A stretch of DNA of 64,000 bases from NCBI GenBank assembly GCA_963767005.1, contig CAVYCN010000002.1, forward strand, positions 288,001-352,000. Reading direction: 5' to 3'. Origin of the DNA: an uncultured Actinomycetes bacterium (GTDB lineage: Bacteria; Actinomycetota; Thermoleophilia; UBA2241). The notes below the pieces were generated by a model, which saw only the letters and a list, made by a program, of their open reading frames with translations, did no database searches and was not told the origin of the DNA. Shown piece by piece: positions 1 through 10,833 of the stretch (positions are counted from its first letter, which is position 1; every line of letters starts with the position of its first letter). Position numbers and translations under genes: made by a program.

Positions 1-501
1 CGGCTCGGGTTCCTCGAAGTCGTGCGTCGCATGGGCGCTGCTGTGAGCTGGAGCGTGACCGGCGACGACGGCGGCGAGCCGCGCGGCGAGCTCGAGGTGC
101 GCGCGTCCGCGTTGCACGGCACGACGGTGGCCGCCGCCGAGACGCCGGCGCTGATCGACGAGGTCACCCTCGTGGCGCTGCTCGGCTGCTTCGCCGAAGG
201 CGACACGTTCGTGGCCGGGGTGGCCGACCTGCGCGCCAAAGAGAGCGACCGGCTCACGGCCATCGTCGAGATCGTGCGCGATCTCGGCGGTCGGGCCGAG
301 GCGAGCGCCGACGAGCTGCGCGTGAGCGGCGCCCGGCCGCGCGGCGGCGCCGTCGACAGCCGCGGCGACCACCGTCTGGCGATGCTCGGCGCCGTCGCCG
401 GCCTGTCCTGCCCCGACGGCGTCCGCGTGAGCGGGTTCTCGGCGTCCGCCGTCACGTTCCCGGGTTTCGTCGACTGCCTCGCGGAGGTGCTCCCTTCATG
501 A
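1..501 (+). CDS. aroA: EPSP synthase, 3' part (5' end outside window)
   Basis: IDE, LRAKESDRL and SRGDHRLAM motifs; frame is open from base 1; precedes cmk. Confidence 0.93.
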   Translation, partial: RLGFLEVVRRMGAAVSWSVTGDDGGEPRGELEVRASALHGTTVAAAETPALIDEVTLVALLGCFAEGDTFVAGVADLRAKESDRLTAIVEIVRDLGGRAEASADELRVSGARPRGGAVDSRGDHRLAMLGAVAGLSCPDGVRVSGFSASAVTFPGFVDCLAEVLPS

Positions 502-1163
502 CCGTCATCGCCATCGACGGACCGGCCGGCTCGGGCAAGAGCACGCTGGCCCGGCTGCTCGCCGAACGCCTCGGCTACGCCTACCTGGACACCGGCGCGA
601 TGTACCGCGCGATCGCCTACCTCGCCCTGCGGGACGGTGTCGCCACCGACGACGGTGCCTCCCTCGCCGCGCTCGCGCGCGAGGCGCACATCGCCTTCCG
701 CCCCGACGGCCGCATCATCGCGGCCGACCGCGACGTGAGCGAGGAGATCAGGCGGCCGGCGGTGTCGGCGGCCGTGTCCGAGGTGTCGGCCCACGCCGAG
801 GTCCGTGCCGTGCTGCTCGACGAGCAGCGCCGTATCGGCGCCGTGCAGGACATCGTGATCGAAGGTCGCGACATCGGCACGGTGGTGTTCCCCGACGCGC
901 CGGTCAAGCTGTTCCTCACGGCGACGCCCGAGATCCGGGCCGAACGCCGGCGCCGTGAGCTGATCGCCGGCGGCGAGCACGTCGGCGCCGACGAGACCCT
1001 GCGCGCCATCGTGGCGCGTGACGCCTTCGACTCGCAGCGCCCCGTGGCGCCGCTGCGGCCCGCGACCGACGCCATCGAGCTCGACACCTCGACGCTCGAC
1101 ATCGGCCAGGTCGTCGAGCGCGCCCGTGAGGTCGTGCTCGCGCGACTCGGGGGCAGCCGATGA
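498..1163 (+). CDS. cmk: Cytidylate kinase
   Basis: IAIDGPAGSGKST, LDTGAMYR, EGRDIGTVVFPDA. Confidence 0.96.
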   Translation: MTVIAIDGPAGSGKSTLARLLAERLGYAYLDTGAMYRAIAYLALRDGVATDDGASLAALAREAHIAFRPDGRIIAADRDVSEEIRRPAVSAAVSEVSAHAEVRAVLLDEQRRIGAVQDIVIEGRDIGTVVFPDAPVKLFLTATPEIRAERRRRELIAGGEHVGADETLRAIVARDAFDSQRPVAPLRPATDAIELDTSTLDIGQVVERAREVVLARLGGSR

Positions 1164-1795
1164 GAAACGTGCCGCTCTACGTGCCCGAGGACGGCTGGTT
1201 CTACCGCACGGTGCGCATCGTCTCGGGCCTCTCGCTGTGTCAGGTCTACCGGCTCAGCTGCGAGGGCGCCGAGAACCTGCCGGCGAAGGGCCCGGCCATC
1301 ATCGCGTCCAACCACAAGAGCGAGCTCGACCCCTTCTTCGTGGGGCACGCCTTCCCTCGGCCGGTGCGCTACTTCGCCAAGTCGGAGCTGTTCGGCAACC
1401 GGGCCCTGCGCTGGGCGGTTACCGAGCTCGGCGCCATCCCGGTGCGGCGCGGCGAGAGCGACCGCCAGGCCCTGCAGATGGCGCTCGACGCGCTCGCCCG
1501 GGGCGACGCCATGATCATCTACCCCGAGGGTCACCGCATGCGCGACGACCGCGTCCACGAGTTCCTGCCCGGAGTGGGCATGCTCGCCCTGCGCAGCGGC
1601 GCGCCGGTCGTGCCGGTCGCCCTGCGCGGCAGCGGTGAGCTGCTGCGCGACGGCCGGCCGGCGTTCCCGGTCGTGCGACTCAAAGCCGGTCCGGTGGTCG
1701 ACCTTTCGGGCCTCGAGGGGAAGAAGAGCGCCATGTACGCTCAGGCCGCCGATCGCATCCGCCGGGCCGTCGAGGCGCTCTATGAGACCGTCTGA
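1160..1795 (+). CDS. plsC: 1-acyl-sn-glycerol-3-phosphate acyltransferase
   Basis: NHKSELD, FAKSELF, YPEGHR acyltransferase motifs; follows cmk. Confidence 0.88.
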   Translation: MRNVPLYVPEDGWFYRTVRIVSGLSLCQVYRLSCEGAENLPAKGPAIIASNHKSELDPFFVGHAFPRPVRYFAKSELFGNRALRWAVTELGAIPVRRGESDRQALQMALDALARGDAMIIYPEGHRMRDDRVHEFLPGVGMLALRSGAPVVPVALRGSGELLRDGRPAFPVVRLKAGPVVDLSGLEGKKSAMYAQAADRIRRAVEALYETV

Positions 1796-1844
1796 GGACG
1801 ATCCCGACGAGCGCGCCGGCGATGACCGCGGCGGCGGGGGAGAG

Positions 1845-2753
1845 GTGTCCGCGACAGGCGGTGCCGGCGCCGTGAGCGCCGCGAGGGGCGACGACGATCG
1901 TGGCGGCGCCACGATCGTCGTCGCCCCCTACGCCGGCTACTGCTACGGCGTCGAACGGGCCCTGCGCCTGGCCGAAGAGGCCGGCGTCACGCTCTCGCCG
2001 CCGATCTACACGCTCGGCCCGCTCATCCACAACCCGTCGGTCGTGGAGCGCCTCGCGCGCGGCGGCATCGCCGCGGTCGACGACCTCGAGCAGATCGAGC
2101 GCGGCACGGTGATCGTGCGCACCCATGGCGTCGACCCCAAGGTCGTGGCCGCCGCACGGGCCCGCGGCCTGGCCGTGATCGACGCCACCTGTCCGTTCGT
2201 CACGGTGGCTCAGCAGAAGGCCGAGATGCTGCGTGACAAGGGCTACGTGCCTGTCATCCTCGGCGAGCGCGACCACCCCGAGGTCGTGGGCCTGGCCGCG
2301 TGGGCCGGCGCCGGTGCGGTGCTCGTGCAGGACGCCGAGGAGCTGCGCCTGTCCGAGGTGCGCAACAAGCGCGTCGGCGTCGTCGTGCAGACGACGCAGA
2401 CGCGCGACAACCTCGCCCGGCTGGCGGCGCGCCTGGCGCCGGTGGCGCGCGAGACGCTCGTCTTCAACACCATCTGCGACGCGACCGGCAAGCGTCAGGC
2501 GGCCGCCCAGAAGCTCGCCGGCGAAGTCGACGCTGTGATCGTGGTCGGCGGCCGCAACAGCGCCAACACGACTCGCCTCGCCAGCCTGTGCCGCTCCATC
2601 CAGCCACGCACCTGGCACATCGAGACGGCGGCCGAACTCGAGGCCGGCTGGCTGTCCGGCGCCGTGCGGGTCGGCGTGACCGCCGGCGCTTCGACCCCCG
2701 AGGAGGAGATCGAGGCCGTGGTGGCGCGCATCCGCGAGCTCACGCAGCCGTGA
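1845..2753 (+). CDS. ispH: 4-hydroxy-3-methylbut-2-enyl diphosphate reductase (start uncertain: 1782/1845/1872)
   Basis: GYCYGVERA, IHN, DATCPFV, QTT, NTICDAT, SANT, GVTAGASTP. Confidence 0.94.
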   Translation: MSATGGAGAVSAARGDDDRGGATIVVAPYAGYCYGVERALRLAEEAGVTLSPPIYTLGPLIHNPSVVERLARGGIAAVDDLEQIERGTVIVRTHGVDPKVVAAARARGLAVIDATCPFVTVAQQKAEMLRDKGYVPVILGERDHPEVVGLAAWAGAGAVLVQDAEELRLSEVRNKRVGVVVQTTQTRDNLARLAARLAPVARETLVFNTICDATGKRQAAAQKLAGEVDAVIVVGGRNSANTTRLASLCRSIQPRTWHIETAAELEAGWLSGAVRVGVTAGASTPEEEIEAVVARIRELTQP

Positions 2754-2772
2754 GCCGCCGGCCGCCAGGGCG

Positions 2773-4119
<1,347 letters not shown>

Positions 4120-4241
4120 GTCGCACCCTCCCGGCGACGCGCCCGGCAGAAGGCGCGGGGGGCACCCGTGAGCCGGTCGCTGCGGAGTCCGCCGGGCGCG
4201 AGGGCCACTTGCAGGAAAGCGCCCGATACCGTACGTTCTCC

Positions 4242-4304
4242 CACACAGTCGCACTTGACTGTAGCCCGTGTGAGCTTAGTATCGTTTGCGATTCTGTGCG
4301 ATTC
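4242..4304 (+). promoter_or_regulatory. Candidate sigma70-type promoter with flanking operator-like repeats for the 4604-9661 operon
   Basis: TTGACT 4255-4260, 16 nt, TAGTAT 4277-4282; TGCGATTC repeated at 4287 and 4297. Confidence 0.5.
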
Positions 4305-4603
4305 GATCCGGGCTCTGTACGGGATCGCGGCGGCAAGGGGGGTGCCCGAACACTCCCGGCGACGCGGCCGCTCCGTCGCCCGAGTCGGGCAGAGGGGCGG
4401 CGCCGCGAAGGGGGCGGACGCATGGCGGCCCACGGCGACACGGTCCCGTGCGGAGACACGGCGAGGGTGGGCAACGAAATCGCCAGGGATTAAGCTAGCA
4501 CGAGGGCACGGCTGCGGGGTCGCGGTCCTTTCCCCGAGTGGGCCACGAAAGGAGCGGGTGGACACATGAACGCGGACACCACGATGGTCGAGGGAGGTGC
4601 TCG

Positions 4604-5551
4604 GTGAAGGTGCGGCTCTTCTTCGCTACCGACGTACACGGGTCCGAGGTCTGCTGGCGCAAGTTCATCAACTCGGCCAAGCACTACGAAGCCGACGTCC
4701 TCATCCTGGGCGGCGACATGACCGGCAAGGCGATCGTCCCGGTCGTGGCGACCGGCGCCGACAGCTGGCAGTACCACATGCAGGACCTGCAGCACGAGCT
4801 GCACGGCGACGACGAGCTCGCCAAGGGCGAGCGCCTGATCCGCGATCACGGTTACTATCCGGTGCGAGTCACGCACGACCAGGTGCAGGAGTACATGTCG
4901 CAGCCCGAGAAGCTCGACGACCTCTTCGCCCAGGAGCGCCGGCACACCCTCGAGGGCTGGGTCGAGTGGGCCGACGAGCGCCTCGCCGGCAGCGGCATCC
5001 AGTGCATCGTCTGTCCCGGCAACGACGACCATAGCGACATCGACGAGGTCCTCGCCACGTCCAAGGAGATCATCGTGGGCGAGGGCAACGTCCTCGACCT
5101 GTCGGGCGGCTACCAGCTTGTCTCGAGCGGGTGGACCAACCTGACCCCCTGGGACACGCCGCGCGAAGAAGACGAACCGCTTCTCAAGCGGCGCATCGAG
5201 GCGATCATCGCGCAGGCCAGCGCACCGGCCGACAAGCTCGTCCTCGGCCTGCACGCGCCGCCCTTCGACACGCAGCTCGACGTGGCTCCCAAGATCGACT
5301 GGGAGACGCTCACGGTGCAGGGCCAGGACACGGCCCACGTGGGTTCCACGGCGGTGCGCGAGATCATCGACCAGGTGCAGCCGCTGCTGTCGCTGCACGG
5401 CCACATCCACGAAAGCCGCGCCGCCGTGCGCATCGGGCGCACGCTTGCGGTCAACCCCGGCAGCTCCTACGTCGAGGGCACGCTGTCGGGCTGCGTCGTC
5501 GAGCTCGACGGCAAGAGCAAGGTCAAACGCTACCGGCTGACCATGGGATGA
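4604..5551 (+). CDS. Calcineurin-like (Icc-related) metallophosphoesterase, copy 1
   Basis: ATDVHG, GGD, GNDD, HAPP, GHIHE, NPGS; GTG start after GGGAGG. Confidence 0.88.
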   Translation: MKVRLFFATDVHGSEVCWRKFINSAKHYEADVLILGGDMTGKAIVPVVATGADSWQYHMQDLQHELHGDDELAKGERLIRDHGYYPVRVTHDQVQEYMSQPEKLDDLFAQERRHTLEGWVEWADERLAGSGIQCIVCPGNDDHSDIDEVLATSKEIIVGEGNVLDLSGGYQLVSSGWTNLTPWDTPREEDEPLLKRRIEAIIAQASAPADKLVLGLHAPPFDTQLDVAPKIDWETLTVQGQDTAHVGSTAVREIIDQVQPLLSLHGHIHESRAAVRIGRTLAVNPGSSYVEGTLSGCVVELDGKSKVKRYRLTMG

Positions 5552-5628
5552 GCGTGCCCGGGTCTGTCGTTCGGGGGAGGCGGCGTCCGTCGCCGTCCGT
5601 GATGGGTCAGTTCAAGGAGGTTCGCTAG

Positions 5629-7272
5629 ATGGCGACGAACACGCAAGCACCGCGGGCGCCGGAGCAAACGCTCTTCGTCCGCAAGGCGAGCGGTCTGGTC
5701 AAGGGGTGGTCCACGACCGACGGCTTTCGCTACTCGTTCTTCTCGACCAACATCTTCCTGGGAATCTGGGGCATCCTCTACTGTGTCTTCATCCCTGGAG
5801 GCAGCGTGTTCTGGGGTGTCGTCATCACGACGGCGTTCGTTCTGCTCGAAGTGTTGGTGTATTCGGGCCTGATCTCAGCCATGCCGCGTGCCGGCGGCGA
5901 CTATGTCTGGCAATCGCGCGTGTTTCACAGCTCGGTGGGCTTTGTGCTAGGGGCCACGGGCTGGTGGTTCATTCTCTGGCTCTGGATCCCCATCTACGCC
6001 GCCCTGTGCGTGAACTCGTTCATCAACCCGGTCCTCAGGATCGTCGGCGCCGGTGGCACCGCCAACTGGCTGCTCACGCACAACGGCGTCTTCGTGGCCT
6101 CACTTGCCACCATCGCGCTCGCCACGTATCTGGTCGCGATCGGCATGAAGGCCTATGCGACCTTCCAGAAGTGGGCCCTCTGGATCGGCCTGGCCGGCAT
6201 CGCCGTCGCCGGCGTCATCCTGCTCGTCACCTCGAAGGCCGGGTTCATCAGCGCCTTCAACCGTGAGAGCCTCCACCTCTACGGCGCGCACAACGCCTAC
6301 GCCGCGACCATCAAGAACAGCGGCGCCGGCATGCCGTCGTCGATGTTCAGCGGCACGGTCTGGCAGACCTTCAAGCTCATCCCCTTCATGTGCTTCTGGT
6401 TGCTGTGGCCGAACTGGGGCGCCACCCTCTACGGCGAGGTCCGCGGCGCCAAGGACTTCCGCAAGAACATCTACCAGATGGGTGGCGGCCTGCTGTCGGC
6501 GGCCGTCATAGTGATCATCTTTCTGTTCCTCGTGACCAAGACGATGGGCTACAAGTTCTTCATGGCCGCGGCCAACGGCTACATGGGCGTGCTCTACGGC
6601 TACATCAAGTCGACGCCGCACAACGGCGACTACCTCTCGCCGACCGCCATGATCGCCTGGGTCGTCAACAACTCGGCCTTCCAGGTGGTCCTCATCGCCG
6701 CCATCAGCCTGCTCGTGTTCGGCTGGTGGGGCACCGTGTTCCTCTCGTCGACGCGCATGATCTTCGCTTCGGCCTTCGACCGCATCCTGCCCGAAGGCGT
6801 GGCCAAGGTGACGTCGGGCGGCGTGCCGGTCGTGGCGCTTCTGTGCATGGTGATCCCGTCGATCATCGTGTCGGCCTTCTACGCCTACCAGCCTTCGTTC
6901 GTGCAGCTCACCTATGACGCCACGCTGGTCATCGCGGTCATGTTCCTCGGCTCCGGCCTGGCTTTCATGGTCATGCCGTGGCGCACCAAGACCATCTGGG
7001 ACAACTCGGCGCTGCCCAAGCTCAAGGCCCTGGGTGTGCCGATCATGTCGATCGTGGCCGCCGCCTACTCGGCGTTCATGGTGTTCAACCTCTACCTGTG
7101 GATCTACGACCCGACCAACACCTACGGCATCGGCTACAAGAACAAGAACTCGATGATCTTCATGGGCATCCTGTACGTCGCCGCGATCGCCATCTGGGTC
7201 GTGGCCTGGGCCGTCCGCAAGCGCCAGGGCATGGCGCTCGAAGCGGTCGCCAAGGAGATCCCGGTCGAGTAA
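5629..7272 (+). CDS. APC-superfamily amino acid/amine permease, copy 1
   Basis: About 12-13 hydrophobic segments; FVRKASGLV, AMPRAGGDYVWQSR, GEVRG, RMIFA..FDRILP; C-terminus EIPVE; AAGGAGG RBS. Confidence 0.9.
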   Translation: MATNTQAPRAPEQTLFVRKASGLVKGWSTTDGFRYSFFSTNIFLGIWGILYCVFIPGGSVFWGVVITTAFVLLEVLVYSGLISAMPRAGGDYVWQSRVFHSSVGFVLGATGWWFILWLWIPIYAALCVNSFINPVLRIVGAGGTANWLLTHNGVFVASLATIALATYLVAIGMKAYATFQKWALWIGLAGIAVAGVILLVTSKAGFISAFNRESLHLYGAHNAYAATIKNSGAGMPSSMFSGTVWQTFKLIPFMCFWLLWPNWGATLYGEVRGAKDFRKNIYQMGGGLLSAAVIVIIFLFLVTKTMGYKFFMAAANGYMGVLYGYIKSTPHNGDYLSPTAMIAWVVNNSAFQVVLIAAISLLVFGWWGTVFLSSTRMIFASAFDRILPEGVAKVTSGGVPVVALLCMVIPSIIVSAFYAYQPSFVQLTYDATLVIAVMFLGSGLAFMVMPWRTKTIWDNSALPKLKALGVPIMSIVAAAYSAFMVFNLYLWIYDPTNTYGIGYKNKNSMIFMGILYVAAIAIWVVAWAVRKRQGMALEAVAKEIPVE

Positions 7273-7311
7273 CCTGCATCTGTCGTATACGCCAGTCTCG
7301 CGCGGCGTGAC

Positions 7312-7354
7312 GGCGGCGGCGGTCCGGCCCCACAGGGGCCGGACCGCCGCCGCC
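7312..7354. repeat. Perfect 20-bp GC-rich inverted repeat (intra-operon stem-loop, no U-tract)
   Basis: GGCGGCGGCGGTCCGGCCCC-aca-GGGGCCGGACCGCCGCCGCC. Confidence 0.8.
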
Positions 7355-7392
7355 CTGCCACGCCGGGCACCGACCACGAAGGAGGTCGATAC

Positions 7393-8205
7393 ATGGCACA
7401 GCCGTTCATCCTGCCCAAGGACATCCCGATCGAGCGTTACCCCAAGCCCGAGGTCTTCCTCTCCGAGGGCAAGCGCCTGACCGAGGAAGCGCAGAAGCGC
7501 GGCATCATCATGCGCGTCATGGGGCCGCTCGCGCTGCACTACTACTTCCCTGACCAGATCGACCTGTATGCCAAGCTCGAGCGCCTCGGTGAGCGCTACT
7601 TCACCGACATCGACTACGCGGCCTACAGCAAGACCGGCGGCAAGATGCGCGACTTCATGAAGGACATGGGCTACGAGTGCGACCTGCAGACCATGGCGAT
7701 GTCGGGCAAGACGCGGCACATCTACTACGCCGGCCCCGTGCCGATGATCGACGTGTTCTTCGACAAGCTCGACTACTGCCACGAGGTCAACTACAAGGAC
7801 CGTCTCGAGCTCGATCCGTGGAGCGTCTCGCTGTCCGACATCCTGCTGCAGAAGCTGCAGATCGTCGAGATCAACGACAAGGACCTGAAGGACATCGAGT
7901 ATCTGTTCATCACCTGCGAGATCGGCGACGACGACGATCACAAGATCAACCAGAACTACATCGCCAAGCGCTTCGCCGACGACTGGGGCTTCTGGTACAC
8001 CGCGACGCAGCTCAACCTCGATCGCGTCAAGAAGCACTGCGACACGGTGCCGGCCCTCACGCCCGAGATGCGCGAGCGGGTCAAGGCGCAGGCCGACAAG
8101 ATGATCGCGCGCGTCGACGCCGAGCCCAAGACCAAGGCCTGGACCAAGCGCGCCAAGAAGGGCGCCTCGAAGACCTGGTACAACGAGGGCTTCTCCGACT
8201 GGTGA
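7393..8205 (+). CDS. Uncharacterised protein with Pol-beta-type nucleotidyltransferase motifs, copy 1
   Basis: RVMGPLA...TDID (hG-x(n)-DxD), later IDVFFD; KLQIVEINDKDLKD; AAGGAGG RBS; paralogue at 13548-14360. Confidence 0.7.
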   Translation: MAQPFILPKDIPIERYPKPEVFLSEGKRLTEEAQKRGIIMRVMGPLALHYYFPDQIDLYAKLERLGERYFTDIDYAAYSKTGGKMRDFMKDMGYECDLQTMAMSGKTRHIYYAGPVPMIDVFFDKLDYCHEVNYKDRLELDPWSVSLSDILLQKLQIVEINDKDLKDIEYLFITCEIGDDDDHKINQNYIAKRFADDWGFWYTATQLNLDRVKKHCDTVPALTPEMRERVKAQADKMIARVDAEPKTKAWTKRAKKGASKTWYNEGFSDW

Positions 8206-8251
8206 CGCCCGCACGGCAGCGATCCCGAGAAGGAGGAAGGTTCAAGCGTCT

Positions 8252-9661
8252 ATGAAGATCCTCACCCGTATGGGCGACAGCTCCACGGTCGAGATCACCC
8301 GTGACGAGTTGCGCCACGAACTCGAGGAGGGCACCGAGTCGGCCGCCAAGAGGGCCAAGATCCCTCCGCTCACCGAGAACGAGCTCGACTACCTCGAGGA
8401 CATGTTCGCCTGCCCCAGCCGCATCTGGGGCGTCGAGCGTGGTCACGAGGTCGTCATGACGAAGGACGGGTGCGTCAACGCCCTGAACTCGTCGCGCATG
8501 TCGAGCGGCGTGACGGCGCCGGTCAACCGCGAGGTCGGCGTGCGCCTCTTCGAGTCGATGCTCGGCTTCGACTCGATGGAGGTCTCGCACAACGACTACT
8601 CGGTCAAGCCGCAGCGCTTCCTCAAGGCGCTCGAGCAGGTGCACATGGAGCTCCTGCAGGAGACCACGATCTTCCCCCTGCTCTACGGCTTCATGCCCAA
8701 CCTGGGGCTCTACTACCGGCCCGACGGCTCCTTCGAGAACCCCTCCGACCTGCTGCCACTGGGCAAGATCGACGAAGCTCGCAAGACCCAGGAAGCGGCC
8801 CTGCAGGCGTGCATGGACGACTGCATCCTGATGAGCGACTGCATGCTCGAGATGGGCGCCGACGGCATCGACTACGACACCGTGGCATCCACGGGCGACG
8901 CCGAGTTCCTCGCCGTCCTGAAGACGACCGAGCACGTTGCCAACGTCACCGGTCTGCCGGTCGAGATCGGCATGTCGGCCGAGATGGTGCTCGGCTTCCA
9001 CGGCGAGCTCGAATACGACGGCGTGCGGCTCGCCGGCCTGTGGCCGCACCAGCAGCTCCAGCTCTGCGAGAAGGCCGGCACCGCGATCTTCGGGCCGGTC
9101 GTGAACACCAACACCAGAAAGACGGTGCCCTGGAACCTCTCGCGGGCCGTCACCTTCGTGAAGGCCTGCACCGACATCGCCAAGATCCCGGTGCACGCCA
9201 ACGTCGGCATGGGCGTCGGCGGCGTGCCGATGTTCGAGACGCCGGCCGTCGACGCGGTGACCAGGGCCAGCGCGGCCATGGTCGAGATCGGCCGCGCCGA
9301 CGGGTTGTAGGTGGGTACAGGCGATCCAGCCGGCATGCACATGGCGCATCTGCTGGCCTCGTCGATGGGTGGCATCAGGGCCGCTGGAGATCTGGTAGCC
9401 CGTATGGAGCTCAAGAAGATGAGGATCACGGAAGCCAAGCAGTACGTGGCCGACAAGCTGCACGTCAGCCCGCTCGACCTGTCCGACCCGCTCGTCATGC
9501 GCAACCTGCGCGAGGAGCTCGACATCGGCGTCATCACCGGCGTGCCGGGCGTCGCGAAGGGCATGGCGGCGAAGTTCCGCATCGCCGAGCTGCTCGACAT
9601 CGAGATCAACTCGGTGGAGCAGTTCAAGAAGAAGACCGGCGTCACGACCGCCAAGGTCTGA
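8252..9661 (+). CDS. mtbB: Dimethylamine:corrinoid methyltransferase family protein with in-frame TAG (9308-9310), predicted pyrrolysine at residue 353; 469 aa
   Basis: TRMGD N-terminus, [33 protein letters not shown]-[TAG]-[27 protein letters not shown]; similarity to MtbB continues in frame across the TAG. Confidence 0.92.
9313..9401 (+). promoter_or_regulatory. Candidate PYLIS-like stem-loop immediately 3' of the amber codon
   Basis: GGGTACAGG pairs with TCTGGTAGCCC (bulged); TCCAGC 9325-9330 with GCTGGA 9383-9388; GGC/GCC; ATGC/GCAT; local excess of A/T-ending codons. Confidence 0.5.
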
Positions 9662-9670
9662 GAGCGCCGC

Positions 9671-9729
9671 AAAAGCGAAGCGACGGGGCGGGGCGAGCCA
9701 GAGGGCTCGCCCTGTCCCGTCGCCGTTTT
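9671..9729. terminator. Probable bidirectional intrinsic terminator between convergent operons
   Basis: AAAA...GCGACGGGGCGGGGCGAGCC / GGCTCGCCCTGTCCCGTCGC...TTTT. Confidence 0.75.
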
Positions 9730-9732
9730 CGG

Positions 9733-10659
9733 TCAGACCTGGGAGAGCCAGTCCCTGAAGGCGGGCTGGCCGGCGTTGCGCCAGAAACGCTCGATGCGGT
9801 TCATGCCGTAGGCGAAGAAATCGAAGTCGAGCGCCGAGACCTTGTGCTGGATCATCGCCCAGATGCTCCACCAGTGATCGGCGACCAGCTTGTAGAGCAT
9901 CATGCGGCCGTAGCGCTGCTCGTCCCAGCCGCCGCAGTAGGTGGTCAGGACGGTGCGCTCCTCGGCGTCGCTCAGCGGGTGCTCGACGCAGAAGTCGCCG
10001 AGGTCGAAGTACGGGTCGGCCATGCCGCCGTACTCCCAGTCGATCACCCACAGCCTGCCGTCCCGCGCGACGATGAAGTTCTCGGACAGCAGGTCGCAGT
10101 GGCAAGCGACGGGGGCCGGCTGGTCGCGCTCCATGGCGAGCTCGATGGCGTCGCCCAGCGGGAACATGTGCTCGAGCGACGCCGGCAGCACGGCGCCGAC
10201 CTCGTGGGCCATCGCCGTGTACTCGCGGATCATGTCGAAGACCTGGATCTCGTTCGAGAACACGGCGCCGTCGTGATAGGTGCGCACGGCCTGCACGATC
10301 TTGTCGAGATGGTCGGGGTGGCCGGCGATCGTGTCGGGGTGCAGGGTGACGCCGTCGATGAACGGCACCACCGTGCAGGGCCCCGGCTCGATGCGGTGCA
10401 GCAACGGCGGCGTCACGCCGGTCGCGGCGGCGGCCACGTGGTTGGCGAGCTCGCGCTCACGGTCGATGAAGACATCGGTGCCCTGGCCGGGGATGCGCAG
10501 CACGTAGCGCGCGGCCGGCTCCGCGCCCTCGCCGGCGACGCTCACCAGGAAGTTCTGGTTGGTGATGCCGCCGCCGAGCACCTCCCAGCTCACCTGCCGG
10601 CCCTGCCAGTCGGCGATCTGGGCGATGACCTCGTCGGGTGTCATGGTGGCGGTCGTCAT
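9733..10659 (-). CDS. Choline/ethanolamine kinase family protein, copy 1
   Basis: LGGGITN, VLRIPG, IDRERE, CHCDLLSENF, IDWEYGGM.DPYFDLG. Confidence 0.88.
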   Translation of the reverse strand: MTTATMTPDEVIAQIADWQGRQVSWEVLGGGITNQNFLVSVAGEGAEPAARYVLRIPGQGTDVFIDRERELANHVAAAATGVTPPLLHRIEPGPCTVVPFIDGVTLHPDTIAGHPDHLDKIVQAVRTYHDGAVFSNEIQVFDMIREYTAMAHEVGAVLPASLEHMFPLGDAIELAMERDQPAPVACHCDLLSENFIVARDGRLWVIDWEYGGMADPYFDLGDFCVEHPLSDAEERTVLTTYCGGWDEQRYGRMMLYKLVADHWWSIWAMIQHKVSALDFDFFAYGMNRIERFWRNAGQPAFRDWLSQV

Positions 10660-10833
10660 GCTTCGTCGTCCCCTCGCTTGAGATCGTGGTGCGGCCGGAC
10701 CGACGCCGCTCGCAGCGGAAAGGAGCGATGGGACCGGCCTGTGCGGGTGGCGGGGAAGAGGCCGCGGGCGCCGGGCCGTGCAGCCCGGCGCCCGCGGCGC
10801 CCTTGCGAGCCCGCGGCTGATGCTAGAGCCGCC

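Noticed and set aside
4128-4366. 14-bp direct repeat CTCCCGGCGACGCG at 4128 and 4353 as an island att site
   Set aside because: Both copies are at the left edge, none seen near 33.2 kb, no integrase, and GC-rich matches arise easily by chance
5549-5628. Possible selenocysteine read-through after metallophosphoesterase 1
   Set aside because: The paralogue ends at the same position (LTMG versus MTSG), so the TGA is a true stop
8252-9661. Two separate genes or a nonsense pseudogene at 8252-9310 and 9311-9661
   Set aside because: The stop is TAG at the MtbB pyrrolysine position, both parts are intact and in frame, and there is no RBS before 9311
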